DNA of 64,000 bases from Balanoglossus misakiensis (Eukaryota > Animalia > Hemichordata), in NCBI GenBank assembly GCA_040954595.2, contig CM082576.2, positions 1,710,760 through 1,774,759 on the forward strand. The letters run 5' to 3'. Made by a program: the position numbers and the translations under genes. Below are positions 12,320-32,961 of this stretch, in pieces; position 1 is the first letter of the stretch, and the number at the start of each line of letters is the position of its first letter. The notes under the pieces were generated by a model that was given only the letters and a program-made list of their open reading frames with translations, was not told the DNA's origin and ran no database searches.

Positions 12320-13869
12320 GCCATGAGAACTGAAGGATCACAGAATATGTGAAATAGGAATGACTTTTGGTCAAGAATGCATGTACCCGGTACTAGTGGT
12401 CCATATAGCTCGCGTGTGTGGATCGAATGCACGCACGCGTAGGCCTAAAGTCGCGAGATCGCCAGTAACCGAAACTCACCCTAAGCAAACAAACCTACGA
12501 AAGGTAATAGAGAGACGACAAACAAGTTTATAAAGGCAAAAACTCCAAATGATTCGTGAGCTAATCTAACTCTTGTCTAAAAAACATTCCATTTCACAAT
12601 CAAGGTCCTAATCATGCATATGGAGACATGATCTCTTATAAACGCCACAAAATTGTTACAATTAGGCCTAATAACAATTAATTGCAGAATTAATGGATGT
12701 GGGCAAATGTTTGTCCCAGAGGTATCAGTCAATTAGATTGATGAGTAAGTAAATATGACTATCTGCCAAACAATTTCACTGTGAAACGATGTGCGACAAC
12801 GTAAAAAGATGCACAAGAGCACCGCGCCGGGGAAGTTTGGTGATATCTCCTCACCGCTTGCTTGTAAATTTCAGCCCTAGCTTGTGTGTCAAACAAGCAC
12901 GCAGTGATTAAAAAAATAGAAACCAATTAAAATACGAAAAATTGTTTTGAGACAGGCACGGCGAAAAACAAAAACCAACAAAACATCGCTTTGATCCACT
13001 GACGTGTGTTACACGTACATGTATATACACGTATTCAACTTTCAAGGGTCTTTTTATCTCTGTCGCATGTCGGCGCACTGCATCACCAAGCTCGTTTCAG
13101 CCCACCAGGTATACTGGCGCTGTATGTAGTGCAGTGTGTCTATTGCTGTTTTTTTCTCGCTCTCGTCTTGAATGCACATGATTAGAATAATAGTTAGCAT
13201 GTGGTGGTGTGAAAAAGTTATATGACGGATACAGTTGCCACCCCATCACCTCGAGTTCAACCAACCCTCCCCTCTGTGTTTGTGTGTAGCCACACACCAC
13301 ACACAATGTTCAGTTCCTCTTTCTACGAATTTTATTCCTTTGTAATGAAACTTTGCAGTACCAGGTGTTTCTTTCTTTTGAAAGGATGGATTTAGAAAAG
13401 TTTATTTGGAAAAGCACATATGCTGCTCCTCACAACTGATGGAACGAGTATACTGAGAGCAAAACTTTGTCCCATATCGTTAAAAGACAACTTACTTTTT
13501 CACAACATTTTAAAGAGGTTTTTTACCATTTAGTCTGTTTATTCAAACTGTGACAATTATAATTCAAAGAAAGTCACAGGAATTTTCAGACATGGTTGAT
13601 TTGGTACATCATGTTTCGCAGACTTATCCTCTGATTGAATGTGCGCCCTCAATGGCCGACTGAAACTGGGCATATGATGCATCAGTGTGCAACATGTATA
13701 TAGGCTTGTAGCGAAACCATGTGTACCTATTATGTTCAATTAGTCCAAAGTTACTTGTATTTGTTACATTTATTCCAACTGATTTAGCATAGACTAGGGA
13801 GGATCACATTCCTAAAAACATATTTTGATAGGGGGCATCTCAATTTAGACAAACTGCCTCTAACAAAGG

Positions 13870-14056
13870 AGTAAGGTATATCACAGTCCTATGTATTCTT
13901 TTAATACACCTAAGGGGTATCACACTCCCGCACACTTTTGATACACCTAGGGGGTATCACATTCCACATTCTGATACACCTAGGGGGTATCCCAGTCCTA
14001 TATACGTTTTAATTCACCTAGAGTGTATTACACTCCTACACACTGCTTTTGATACA
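13870..14056. repeat. degenerate ~31-35-bp tandem repeat, ~5 copies
   Basis: Recurrent TTTTGATACACCTAGGGGGTATCACACTCC-like units, diverged from each other. Confidence 0.75.
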
Positions 14057-16511
14057 GCATACATTGTCATTTGTAGGATAAACTCAATGTACTGTCTAAT
14101 CACATGAATACTCGATCTACAGGTTTTATGGTAAAGCAAGAAAATACACAACTTTTCATGTCAAAATAGCTCCCTGGAACATAAATTTTCTACATGATTG
14201 ATTTACACACATTGTACATCTAACTTGCTCTTTGAAAATAATCCAAGATAAATTTAATACATGTATTACAATCTAGTATAGACAAAAACACCTAAAATCT
14301 TTAATATGGCTTAAGAGCAAATAAAAAGAAAACTAAAACAATAAAATTATGAAAGTATATTCAAGCAAGTGCTCAGAAAATACATATAGCTTATAGCTGG
14401 AGGATGAAAGTTTGGCTGAGCAAGGGAAATAATTGGTAAAAGTTATAATTGTGTACATGACTTATGGAAATATAACATCAAATATGCAAAGGGTTCCCTA
14501 GAATACATCTCACATTGGAAAACCAAGTGTTTTCTATCAGACCCGACAGACGGTTTCACACATTTCATGTTTCTCATACATATTTTCTTTTATCTGTCAA
14601 TTTTTTTTTGAAGAAGTGCCAAATCTTTGTGTATCAAATTCAATTTTTGGAATGAAAATAAGTATTCGGCTGACTACGCTAAACTAACTGGGTTTTCTAG
14701 CCAGGCATTTGCATCTTTCAAAGCAATTACAAGTCTCTTTAATACAAATGCTATGTTTCACTATTTGTACACTTCATAAACAAAGTTTTAATTTGCACTG
14801 TATTTCCTTCCAATTCCATTACAATAAAGCACATTTCAAAGTATAGACAGATTCAGTGGGGTATACATTTGTATGCATAGAGGCAATACATACTGATGAA
14901 GGGTTACCTGACATTGTTCTGTTGTCATGAAACCATAGCTTTTTTTTAGCTATGAAAGCAAAAATTACTGTTATGAAAGTGACATTTGTCAGAATAGCAG
15001 AGAATCTTACAACTGAGAACACGTCTATTGCCGTCACTATAGCAACTGCTGTCTGTGTAACATTGGTCTCTCCCTGCACAATATGCACTAGGAATCAGAT
15101 TCAGATTGTGAATCATATTCCCAAGATTTACTATCAACAAAATTATCATACTCAGCTTCATGCTTTGTTATATTGTGTTGGTTATCTCTTACTATAATAT
15201 AAACACCCAAATAGCCCTTAAAACAAAAACAAAATAACTTTCTTGCAATAGCTTGCTAGCAATGAATGAATTCAGTTTATACAATTAATCTTGCGAGCTA
15301 TGTATGAATCCAGTATTTCCAGATTTTCAAACAGTGGTCTAAATTTGAGTCTGATTAATTGAAGTCTTATTGGTTAACACTGCAGACTGACATGTAATGT
15401 AACAGAATTATCTGACTGCAGATTTGTTTACAGGTAAAAAAAACACATTGAAAATGACCTGGTCAAACCAAGTAATGAAAAATAAAAACTTTCGCATGTC
15501 ATGAAAATACCAAGTTGGTGAAAGTAAAAAGTTTCAACAATCTGATGAAACATTATATTTTATTCACTTTATCGCTCCAAACAAAACTGTGCATTTTACC
15601 ATATTTCATGATTCACTCTAAAAAGTTAGCCCTAAATTTAGATGCAATTTTTCCATAAATTTGATTTGTATTGGGACAAGTAATATGAAACACTTCTTAA
15701 GTTACAAATTTAGTTGCCTGTTTACAAGGATTGCTGTATGCAAAGTCAAGGCAACAAGGTCCATTTGTCTTGACAGACAATTAGAACCATCATTTTAGTT
15801 CTTGCTATCTCGTAAGAAAAACAGATTCTTGACTTTATGAGATGCTGAGTCTGTATTGTCCAACGCTCTAGAGCACAATTTGCTATCAGTAAATTCAATT
15901 AAACTCCGGATCAGCTGACAAATGTTTCTACCATGAGTAAAAAGCTTTCTACATATATATATGTACACTAGTGTCAAATAGTTTTTTTCTGCTAGCTATC
16001 ACTAAAATAGCACTGCACGATTTACAATGACAGTTTGTGCAAGTCTTTAAAGTTGTGTGTATGTAGATGACGTTATGGTGGTGTGAGTAGTTACATTACA
16101 TCGTTGATGATTCACATCAGTGCTTTTGATAGGAATTCTGATTCTGGTAATATATAGTGGCGTTCTCACATGTTTCCATTTGCTGGTGTAGTTCACACCT
16201 TTATCTGTAAATATTCTTTATGAGCATTCTCAAAAATCACACATTCACATGTCTACTTGGCGTACTGGACTTAGTGCCCTCGCCAATGAGCATCAGAGAT
16301 TTCCACAACCACAACAATGCGGACACAGATGTTGTGCAACTTCTATCAGAGATTTTTTTTTCTTTTCAAATGCTCAATCCAGGCATGTTCAGTGTATGCC
16401 TGAAATAAACTACCATGTGAGAACACCAATTATATATATAAACCTCAGTGTGTGCACAAGACTATCATCCCACTATGGGTTATTTTTTTTTTACATCTCT
16501 TTGTTTCATTT

Positions 16512-24118
<7,607 letters not shown>

Positions 24119-24514
24119 CTTCAGACCCGGGGCTCAAAGTAATTGCGCTGTAACTGAAGCAAATTATGTCCACGTTAGTTTTGAGTTGTGTTCGAACGCG
24201 ATGTTTCGGAGTAAGTAGTAAACACATTGGTACAGGGAGTCATTCATACGAGGTCATGTACGTAAATTGGATGTATTTTGTACAAATTAACACTAAAAAT
24301 GACGATTCAAATACGAAAATGATGCCAGTCTCTCATCATAACATGCTAGATCGCCCAAGGCATGACTAATAACAGAAAATGAAGTCAACGTCAACCAACA
24401 ACAGAGGAAGAAGCAACTGCGAACAGTCAGTCCGTCTCGACACATAAGCCTTGCCTTGCCTACCATCGATACCGCCCCAACCTCGCATGTTGTGTTGCCT
24501 CTACGAAAACTCAC

Positions 24515-24700
24515 CTTGTACCACTCAATTTACCCCAAAGAATGCTCTCTACTTCTTTCTGTTTTCCTCTCATTCGCTAGTTACCCAGAAAGTTCCATGG
24601 ACACCTGGTAAACTGCTGAAATCTTACTTTTAAAAACCAGGAAGACACGCTTCCTCTTCTTCTTCGTCGAGCACTGTGCGGTAATGACGTCACATATTTT
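24515..24700 (-). promoter_or_regulatory. putative AKT non-coding first exon and promoter with a full CRE
   Basis: Minus-strand donor AAG|GTGAGT at 24514/24515, CpG-rich context, and palindromic TGACGTCA at 24685-24692. Confidence 0.5.
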
Positions 24701-25544
24701 GCATAGTCTCGCAAAGTGCGAGATTCACCTTGAAACCCTTCATCATGCATGGATTTCGTGCACTCGGGTGTAGTGCATGTGTATAGGAAAGCACGAGAAT
24801 GAGCACCCACGCTCCGAACTGAACCCACACACATTCTTATAGTGCTTATTCTTGCATTCCTAAAACCATACTCTTTATCACCAGAAGTAACCCATCCTTT
24901 ATCTGATAAAATACTATTGCGAAACAGCAGCCACAGACTACGCTGACCTTTATGTTATAGGCAATATACTAGTATTCCATGTGTACTAGTATAGAACTCA
25001 AAGTTATAAAGATAATTTCTTGTAGGGCAGTGAACCCCTGCAGTGAATTCCTTTGGTATTTGCAAAATTATGAAAATAGTAGTTATCAGCACTCAATCGT
25101 ATAACAGCTAGTTTGTTCTGATCCAAGTAGATAAAAATGAATCTATATTTCATTTGACCACGTCATGCTTTTGCCACAAGATTACATTATCTTGCTTTCA
25201 TACTTGGAGGGGAAATAGGATTTTTTAGGCTGCAAGCAAATCTGAGATATCATAGCTCTAAGTGTACATATATGATCACATAAACACAATACACATAACA
25301 AAAATGTACAAAAGTACAAGTATCAAATGCTCTACAGCCAAATGGTTTGTGTCAAGAATATATATTTCCACATAACATTTTCTAAAACATAGAAGCAGCT
25401 AAGTACCTGACTTAAAAAAAAAAGAAATTTGTGTAAATACCATTAAACAGAGCACATAGAAGAATAAAAACAAATCCAGCATTGACTGTCATCAGTTAAG
25501 ATGGTCAACAAAGTTAAAGAATGTCAATGTCATCAAATTCTGTC

Positions 25545-25635
25545 TTAACCCTTTCACCCCCAGTTCCCTCTTTAGTGGTCCAACCTTACCATAGAAAACA
25601 ATGGGATGGATTGAATCATAGTGGTGAAAGGTTAA
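25545..25635. mobile_element. ~85-bp piggyBac-like MITE with TTAA target-site duplication
   Basis: TTAA-CCCTTTCACC...GGTGAAAGG-TTAA. Related copies occur at 39522 and ~62824-62884. Confidence 0.7.
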
Positions 25636-27018
25636 ACATATCACAGAATGTTCTTATGTCATATTGGGGAAAATGTTCACCATGACAAATCTGTAGGCTG
25701 ACGTTCTGCACAAAGGCCATTGTATTGTGATGATTTGACTCTGTTGAGCACCAATAGAAATTTGTGTACACTGCCTTTATGAAAAAATGAACAGGTCAAG
25801 AATAAGCAAAGGTTTATACTAGATAATTCACAAGATAGAAAGACATTCGTAACTTGATCAAAAATAATACCTTTAACAAACAGATATTGACTGCAAGGTC
25901 CCAATTATGAAAAATAGGGAGTTGTACAAGCTGAGATTTTCTTTCTACTATATGATTAAATATAAGAGTTTCCAAATGAAGAGCATACTGATAAGTCCAT
26001 AATGATAAATTCTATTTGTCACTGGCGGTGACTGTGGAAGGAAAAGCATGACTGCAGACAGAAATTTGGTTTCACTCATGTTACTGGTCATCCAATACTT
26101 TTTTTAATCAACAGCATTGTCAAAATTTACTATCATAAAAATGGTGGTGACTCTGGAATACAGAATTCATTTTAAAAACTGGACTAATTTATTCAAAGTT
26201 TTTCCTGTGCTGTGTCAATTATCTTTTATTAATAACTACATGCCATGTCAAACATTACTGCAACAGAGAATAAAAATATCTGGGTTTGGTGACATAGCCT
26301 TCCCTTACCTAAAAACAGAAACTTACATTGAAATAATGATATGTATGCAAGTTTTATTATGAGAAATATCTCAAAATTTTCCTATATTGTCCATAAAAGC
26401 TTGCTCACATCATGGGGCAATGAAAGTACAAGTGAGTTGTGGATCTTTGAAAGAAACATAAGAGATTATCAAGATAAGTTTATTTTATATCATGGAAATT
26501 ATTACCACTGGACAGAGACGGACTGATATGCAGCTTGCTGTTGAAATGTCATGCGTCATGAAAAGTGAAATAAACACTGCAAAATATGACAATGGCAGAA
26601 CTTATGAAGATTGACAAACAATTTCTTGTTCTACAAGCCTACATGATTTGTGTTCAACTCTCACTGAACTGCCTGAAGCATCAGGCTTCATACTGACCAT
26701 ACAATGTAAACACTACAAAATACTGACTGAGAAATACCACAAACATTCTTGCACCACACTTTACCATCAAATTGTTTGTGCACGTAACATTCTACACATT
26801 AATACTGGTCTATGCAATTTCAACATCTTGCAGAATAATTACATATGATTATGTATGCATGAGTACTACTGTGCCAAAGCTTAAAATGTGAATGCAGACT
26901 ATTTTTTTTTCTGAGTCAACATCTTTTGTGGTTGTAGTACTAAGTCAATTATCATCCAAAAAATACTAAAAAAAGCTTTTACAGTTTCATCATTAGGTTG
27001 CTAGGCAACATGAATTGT

Positions 27019-30000
27019 CTAAACTTTCTTCGTCATCTTCTTGTTCTTTATAAAACCTTTTGCTTCTTTCACCATTGTACGAATTTGACTTCTCTCTTCA
27101 TCATCAGGTTCCCAATCAGAATCATCTTGTGGTTCATACGACGATGATTCATATCCTCCAGTAGTAGCAAGGGTTCCATCCTCAATAAAACTGTCATCAT
27201 AATCATAAGTATTTGCCTCGCCCTCGTCATCACTGGCACCATCTAACACACTTGGTTTTTCTGAAAATCCAAAACAGATTGCATCACTGTTAAACCTACA
27301 CACCACTCTTCAATTGCCAATCTGCTGACAGTAATCAGCTGCTACATTTGGTCAAAAGGCTTTGAAGTTATGAGCTCCAACAATTTCTGAAGACGGGTGG
27401 ACAGACAGTGATGACATGGATCCCCCAATGTGCATCCAACACAGAAGAAAACCAAGTATAGTTGCATGCCCTGCCTTGTTAGTTCTCCCAGTTTAAGATT
27501 AAGAAAAGTTGACATACTTATCTTTTGTGCAGCCTTTCGTTTTGGTCTTGCTGTCTCAGGTTCTGACGAATGATCGTACTCTTGAAAATGGGCCTTGTTT
27601 TTTCTGGATGGTTGAATAATTTATCAGAAGTCAGGAAAACACCAACAAGAAAAAAAATGTGACAAAAGAGTCAAGCAATTACATTGATAATGTTGGCAGT
27701 ATAACTAAGTTTACTGTCTACAAATGTTTAGTGATTTTTTCAATCTAACTTCCGTAAGAGTTGGTTTGAGTTCTTTCATGACTGGGGTTGCAGAAACATA
27801 TTTGATCTTTCATCTGAGCTGTTTGATCACATGCATCTGCTAAATATAATCAGATACTTTATAATACTGTAGCAGATTATTTTTACCTGTAGCAATCTTC
27901 ACCATAAGGACATATTGGTTTACTGTTGTCATCTTCTTTGTTATTATCAACCTCATCATAGTCTGAATCACCTGGGTGGGAACACTCATCAAAATGGTTG
28001 GGATTTTTCCTACAAAAGTATTACAGGTAAAATGTAATTACAAAGAGCATCAATGACATCTATATATCAAATAAAAGAAGGACAAAATCTGACAACAATG
28101 TCATTTTTCAAAATCTTTACCTGTAGCATTTACTTCCATAAGGACATGGAGGCCTGGTTGAAGTCGAAGTCTTCTTAGTCTTATCATCTTGTGTTTTCTC
28201 AACATTATTCTTTTTGCTGGTATCAACAATGTCCTCAATACTTTCTTCTTCTTCATCATCATCTTCACTGTCATGATCACTTTCTTTTGTTTGTCTCCTT
28301 GCTGTTCTTGCTGGTGTTCTCCTAGGTATCACCATTTCTTCATCAAAATCATCGCTGTCACTCATCTCTATGTAAACTCTCCTTGAAGCTGCCCTTGGTG
28401 GAGTTCGTTTTTGGACAAGGGGTGGTGCAGCTCCCCTGGTTGAGCTCTGAAAAGTATTGTGTGGACATCCGTTCAGAAAAAAACTGTGAACTATCTGTGA
28501 CTTTATTTGTCTGACTGGATCAAGAGTGGAGCCCTGTTTGAATGTCACAAAACTATCATATGAAAAAATTAGCTGATAGTGTAACATCTGTGATGACTAC
28601 ATCGGAATGGTGACGGTGTATTTGCCTGGCCAAGACACTCAGTATAGAGTGTTGATATTTTGGAAACAAACACACATTAACAATGCAATCTTTCAACTAC
28701 CCATAAACATGACACTTACCTTTTTCTTTGGTGTTTTCTTCCCCCTGTGTTCCATCTCCCAATCACTACCGTCATCATCGTCACTGACAACCCACTCATC
28801 ATCTGATTCTTCGTCTGAATCTTTCTTCTTTCTGCCTCTGCCTCTCCCCCTTCCTCTACCTCGTCCTCTGGGTTTCTTAGCAACTTCTGGCTCATAATCA
28901 TCCATGTCATCATCATCATCAGATGATTCTTGAACTCGTGCTCTACCCCTGCCCCTTCCTCTACCTCTTCCTCGACCTCTCGGTGCTGAGATGCCCAAAA
29001 TGAATCAGAAGTAAATGTGCACGTTTATTTGACATCTATTCATATTTGTGTGACTATCAATCTTTCATAATAAAGAATACATGCTAAAACATGGGCTGAT
29101 TCCAGTTTGTTTGTCTATTCATGTAGCCTGTTAAATAATATGAATGACTGACTACAATGTAACATTATCCCACATTCTGATTTACTGAAATAAATCCATT
29201 TTGCTTACCTTCTGCAAAATGTTGTGATTGTTGTTTTTCCAAAGACTGTTGAAATGCTGCTTCAAACCCTATGAAAAATGGGTAAAAATCAATTACATGG
29301 AAAACCTTTAAAATGGTTTTTATTGGTCGTCAATGTAATCTTTTAGACCAAAGTGGATGGCTTTGGTTCCCATGGTTTTCAAGTTAACAGTAAAAAACAT
29401 TTCTTCCACAAACCCCAGACACACACAGAGACACACACATTCATGACCTATGAAAGTGCTGACATAGGACACATTTTGTGCATGTGGCAACTAAAAAGAA
29501 TTATCAAAAGTTCAGAAGGACCTATCTGACCTGATGTTGAATCTTTCCCTGTTATGGCTTCTTTCTTTGTGGTCTTTTCATTCACAGATGCAGCAACTGG
29601 TCTAGGTTCAAAGGTCGAACTAGTCTCTGTTGTCTTTGGCTTGGCATTCATAATCCAAGATGGCAACTTCCTCTTCCTGTCCACTGGTAATGCAATCTCT
29701 TTATTTCCACTCATGACTGTGTCTACAGTTCCCTGTCATTACAAACACAGTGAGATGAATACTGTGAGTTTATTGCTCAGCATCATCTAGGTTTTTGGGA
29801 TCGAATTGCCAAACATGACTTGAAGATGGATATGTACAGAATTACAAAAAAATCAACTTCATGATGATTTTTGGAATCTGATGGAGAATACACGCTGGAA
29901 GTTAGCTTGAAGTTGGTGGGTACACCAACACCACTACCTTGGTGGAAGTAGGTCGAGATGTGGAAGGTTTAGCTTCATCTTCAATTTTCTCTTCATCTTT

Positions 30001-31696
30001 TGCTGCTTCATTTTTAGATGTTTTCTTGTTTTTGGTCTCCTGCTTTGAGTCTGGTTCAGTCATAGAGTCAGTGTTTTTTTCTGGAAAAAGAACACATGAT
30101 TTGATTGAAATCATTTGCTGCTTCAAGGTTTTGAGGATGCCACCTGGGTTTCCATGGCATATACTGGTGCTTTCCATGACATATACTTTAACATGACCCA
30201 AGAAATGTCTAGGAAATACTGACCATACTGATAGACTGCACAAAGTACTGTTTAGAAAAAAAAATGGCAAAAGTAGAATTACAGAACAGGACAGGAGGGC
30301 GAAGACAGCAACTTGACTGAAGATTGAACAGGACCAGTAGTGAAAGTGCACTTGAATGTAGTTACATAAAAATATTTAGTTTGTTTACAAACCTGCTGAT
30401 TTGTTTGTTTCCTTAGAATTTTCAGCTACAACCACATCTTCCACTTTTGATAACCTGGAAGATCCGAATGCAAGGCTTTGAGATTTAAACTTAAAAGTAA
30501 ACAAGGATTCACCGTGACCCACATGGGTGTGGGGGCAGGCAGGTGATACTGACTTTATGATCACGTCTGTCTGATATTATAGCCTTTATATCAAACAACC
30601 ATTATTCACTTTTGCATTATCCTCAGCTCTTTCCTCATGCTGTGATAAAGTCACTAACACTTTCATACTTAATTTAAAGGGAAAGTTCATTCTAGGGCTT
30701 CATCAAATGTATAGATAGATAAAAAGATGTTGGTATCACTTCCAGAGCCACAGATGCTGTGGCACCCAATCAAATCCCAAAGGGGATCACTGATGTTAGG
30801 GGTTCTATCCTTGCATCAGTATACTTGTAAGGAGCCATTCTTAAAATTAACACTTACTTGGAGGGCATTTAATAAAATCAACACTTACTTGAGGGGCATT
30901 CAATAAAATCACTTTAATACTTGAGGGGCATACAATAAAATCAACACTTACTTGAGGGGCATTCAATAAAATCAACACTTACTTGAGGGGCATTCAATAA
31001 AACCAACACTTACTTGAGGAGCCTTTCATCAAGTACTACTTCAAAAATATGATCATCAGGAGTGAGAGAAAACCGATCACCATTCTTCAATTCTTTCCAT
31101 TCGTCTTTTGGTAGTGGTCTTAACTTATCCTTGCCCTCTTCCTGGTAAAATGTTGGATTGATGTGGATTGCCAGAATTTTAACTTTTCCAGAGTCAACTT
31201 CCAGGATACCATGTTGCCTTGAGACTCTCTTATCAGTAATCTGGTCAATACATTATTTATAAATATATATAAATATATATATTAGCCATAAATTATATGT
31301 ATTTCCAAATTGTGCAAACCATATTGCTGGGGGCAACATGTTGTTTCTCCCCTGCCCCCATCCCCCTCCTCCCCCATGAAATCCTATGCTTGTGGGTAAT
31401 GAGTGAATGGCAATCGTCGTGATGCACTGAGAGAAACTTGAATCCGAAAACATTCAATGACACAACATTTCTTTTAATATATGTTCATGATGATGATATT
31501 GTTGTGTACTTTCGCTTCGGGCACCTACATTCAAGTCGTCACAGCATCCACCCGAACAGTACAGGGCAGTTACTGTTAGACATAGTTACCAAATACTCAC
31601 CCCAAGAAATGGCCCTCTTCCAATGGTAGTTTTGCCAAGTGGGAGCAAAATGTTACTTCCAGATCCCGAACACGGTTTCAATTCAACTCCAGACAT
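27019..31696 (-). CDS. APLF: aprataxin and PNKP-like factor, 11 exons, 610 aa
   Basis: Exons: 31601-31696, 31014-31240, 30393-30454, 29938-30080, 29531-29732, 29209-29268, 28720-28985, 28121-28446, 27887-28009, 27518-27603, 27019-27260; total 1833 nt. FHA domain (IGRGPFLGITDKRVSRQHGIL) and Ku-binding motif RKRKLPSWIM. Tandem PBZ fingers CPYGSKCYRKNPNHFDECSH and CPYGEDCYRKNKAHFQEYDH. Acidic histone-chaperone tail (YDYDDSFIE..DSDWEP..EAKGFIKNK). The small middle exons are less certain. Confidence 0.93.
30849..31020 (-). repeat. 31-bp minisatellite, ~5.5 copies, spanning the APLF exon 2 donor
   Basis: Minus-strand unit CCTCAA|GTAAGTGTTGATTTTATTGAATGCC is repeated in tandem; the first copy is the real splice junction at 31014. 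Confidence 0.95.
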
Positions 31697-32885
31697 TTGT
31701 GCTAAATTTTATCGGAGCACTATAACAACAATATTAGCCAGGTTGATGTGTATTGTAACAAAAGCGCATTCAACTCTACAGCCCTTGCGCTTACACTTAC
31801 AGCTGCAGGCTTCCCGATCGTCTGGGATTCCTGGCGGTCGATTGCGAATCGAAGGTCAATATAGCATGTTTCCGATGCTGAAAATCTCCGATCGAGGCCC
31901 CAATTGAGTGCAAAGATTTGTTATATGTGCAACGGAAAAATCGCAAAGATTAAACAGCTCGTATTCACTATAGAACCCACGCGTACGCCATACTACTCGG
32001 GGGCGCACTCACCATGACACATCGAAGGAAGTGAAAAGGGTTGATTGACATACAACGGTGAAAGAACGCATTATTTAAATTAAAGTTTCGTGAAATGCAC
32101 CTTGTAATTTGCATCGCGTTCTTCATTTTTATTATTGTCTCAAATTTAACTACCGACTTAGAGTGAAATAGCATAAAATAAAAACAACAACACATTTTTG
32201 TGATGGCCAAGTAGATTGCCTATGTCAAAACCCTGGCTTTGATGCTCATTTTTTATGCTCGTTGGAGTTGGCTTCTTAATGGAAATGGGTTGGTGTTTAA
32301 AAATTGTAATGTTTTGCAGTTTATTTCTATGAGACGGGCATCGTTTATAAGGATATTGTCGATAAGACTCGACGTAATGCAGAAAATGTAATGGGCTCGA
32401 CACGTGTAACAGGTGTTGAACCCCCTGGTGTCGACATCGCCGCTTATTTCCGGTTTAGCTGTTCGAGATAAGTGTACTCTGAGGTCAACCTCGCTGTCTG
32501 GGCTGCATAAACGCCATTTTGTTATCTCTTCTCGTTTATCGAAATCAAAGTGCAAAACAAGTCGTAGCAAATACTTAAAAAGGAAACGTGGATTATTCCG
32601 AAAATTGAAAAATGAAATAAACTAAAGAAAAACAAATTTAATAAATAAACAGACGAATATAAGGGATGTGTCATCGATATTCTGGGGAGGGGTCTTGAAG
32701 GCCGATTAAAACAGGTGATGTGGAAAAAAAATCTGGCCTATTTTTAAGATTCAGCGCGGTCTTGTTCTTTCAGCCCCCCCCCCTCCTATCACATGTATCA
32801 TCAAATACCGTGTGGACGGGGGGGGGGGGGGGGGGGCGTGGCGGGTGTGCCCGGTCGGCCACGCCCCCCTCCCCCGCTTGGTATT

Positions 32886-32961
32886 GTTACACGGCGATTG
32901 CTCTTATGACCATGATGAAGAGATGATTATGACTTAGTTATACGAGCAATCGCCGTGTAAC
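32886..32961. repeat. inverted repeat/hairpin (18-bp perfect arms), possible mini-MITE
   Basis: GTTACACGGCGATTGCTC ... GAGCAATCGCCGTGTAAC. Confidence 0.8.

Noticed and set aside
30849-31020. 31-bp repeats as a CRISPR array
   Set aside because: There are no spacers, and the unit derives from the exon-intron junction.
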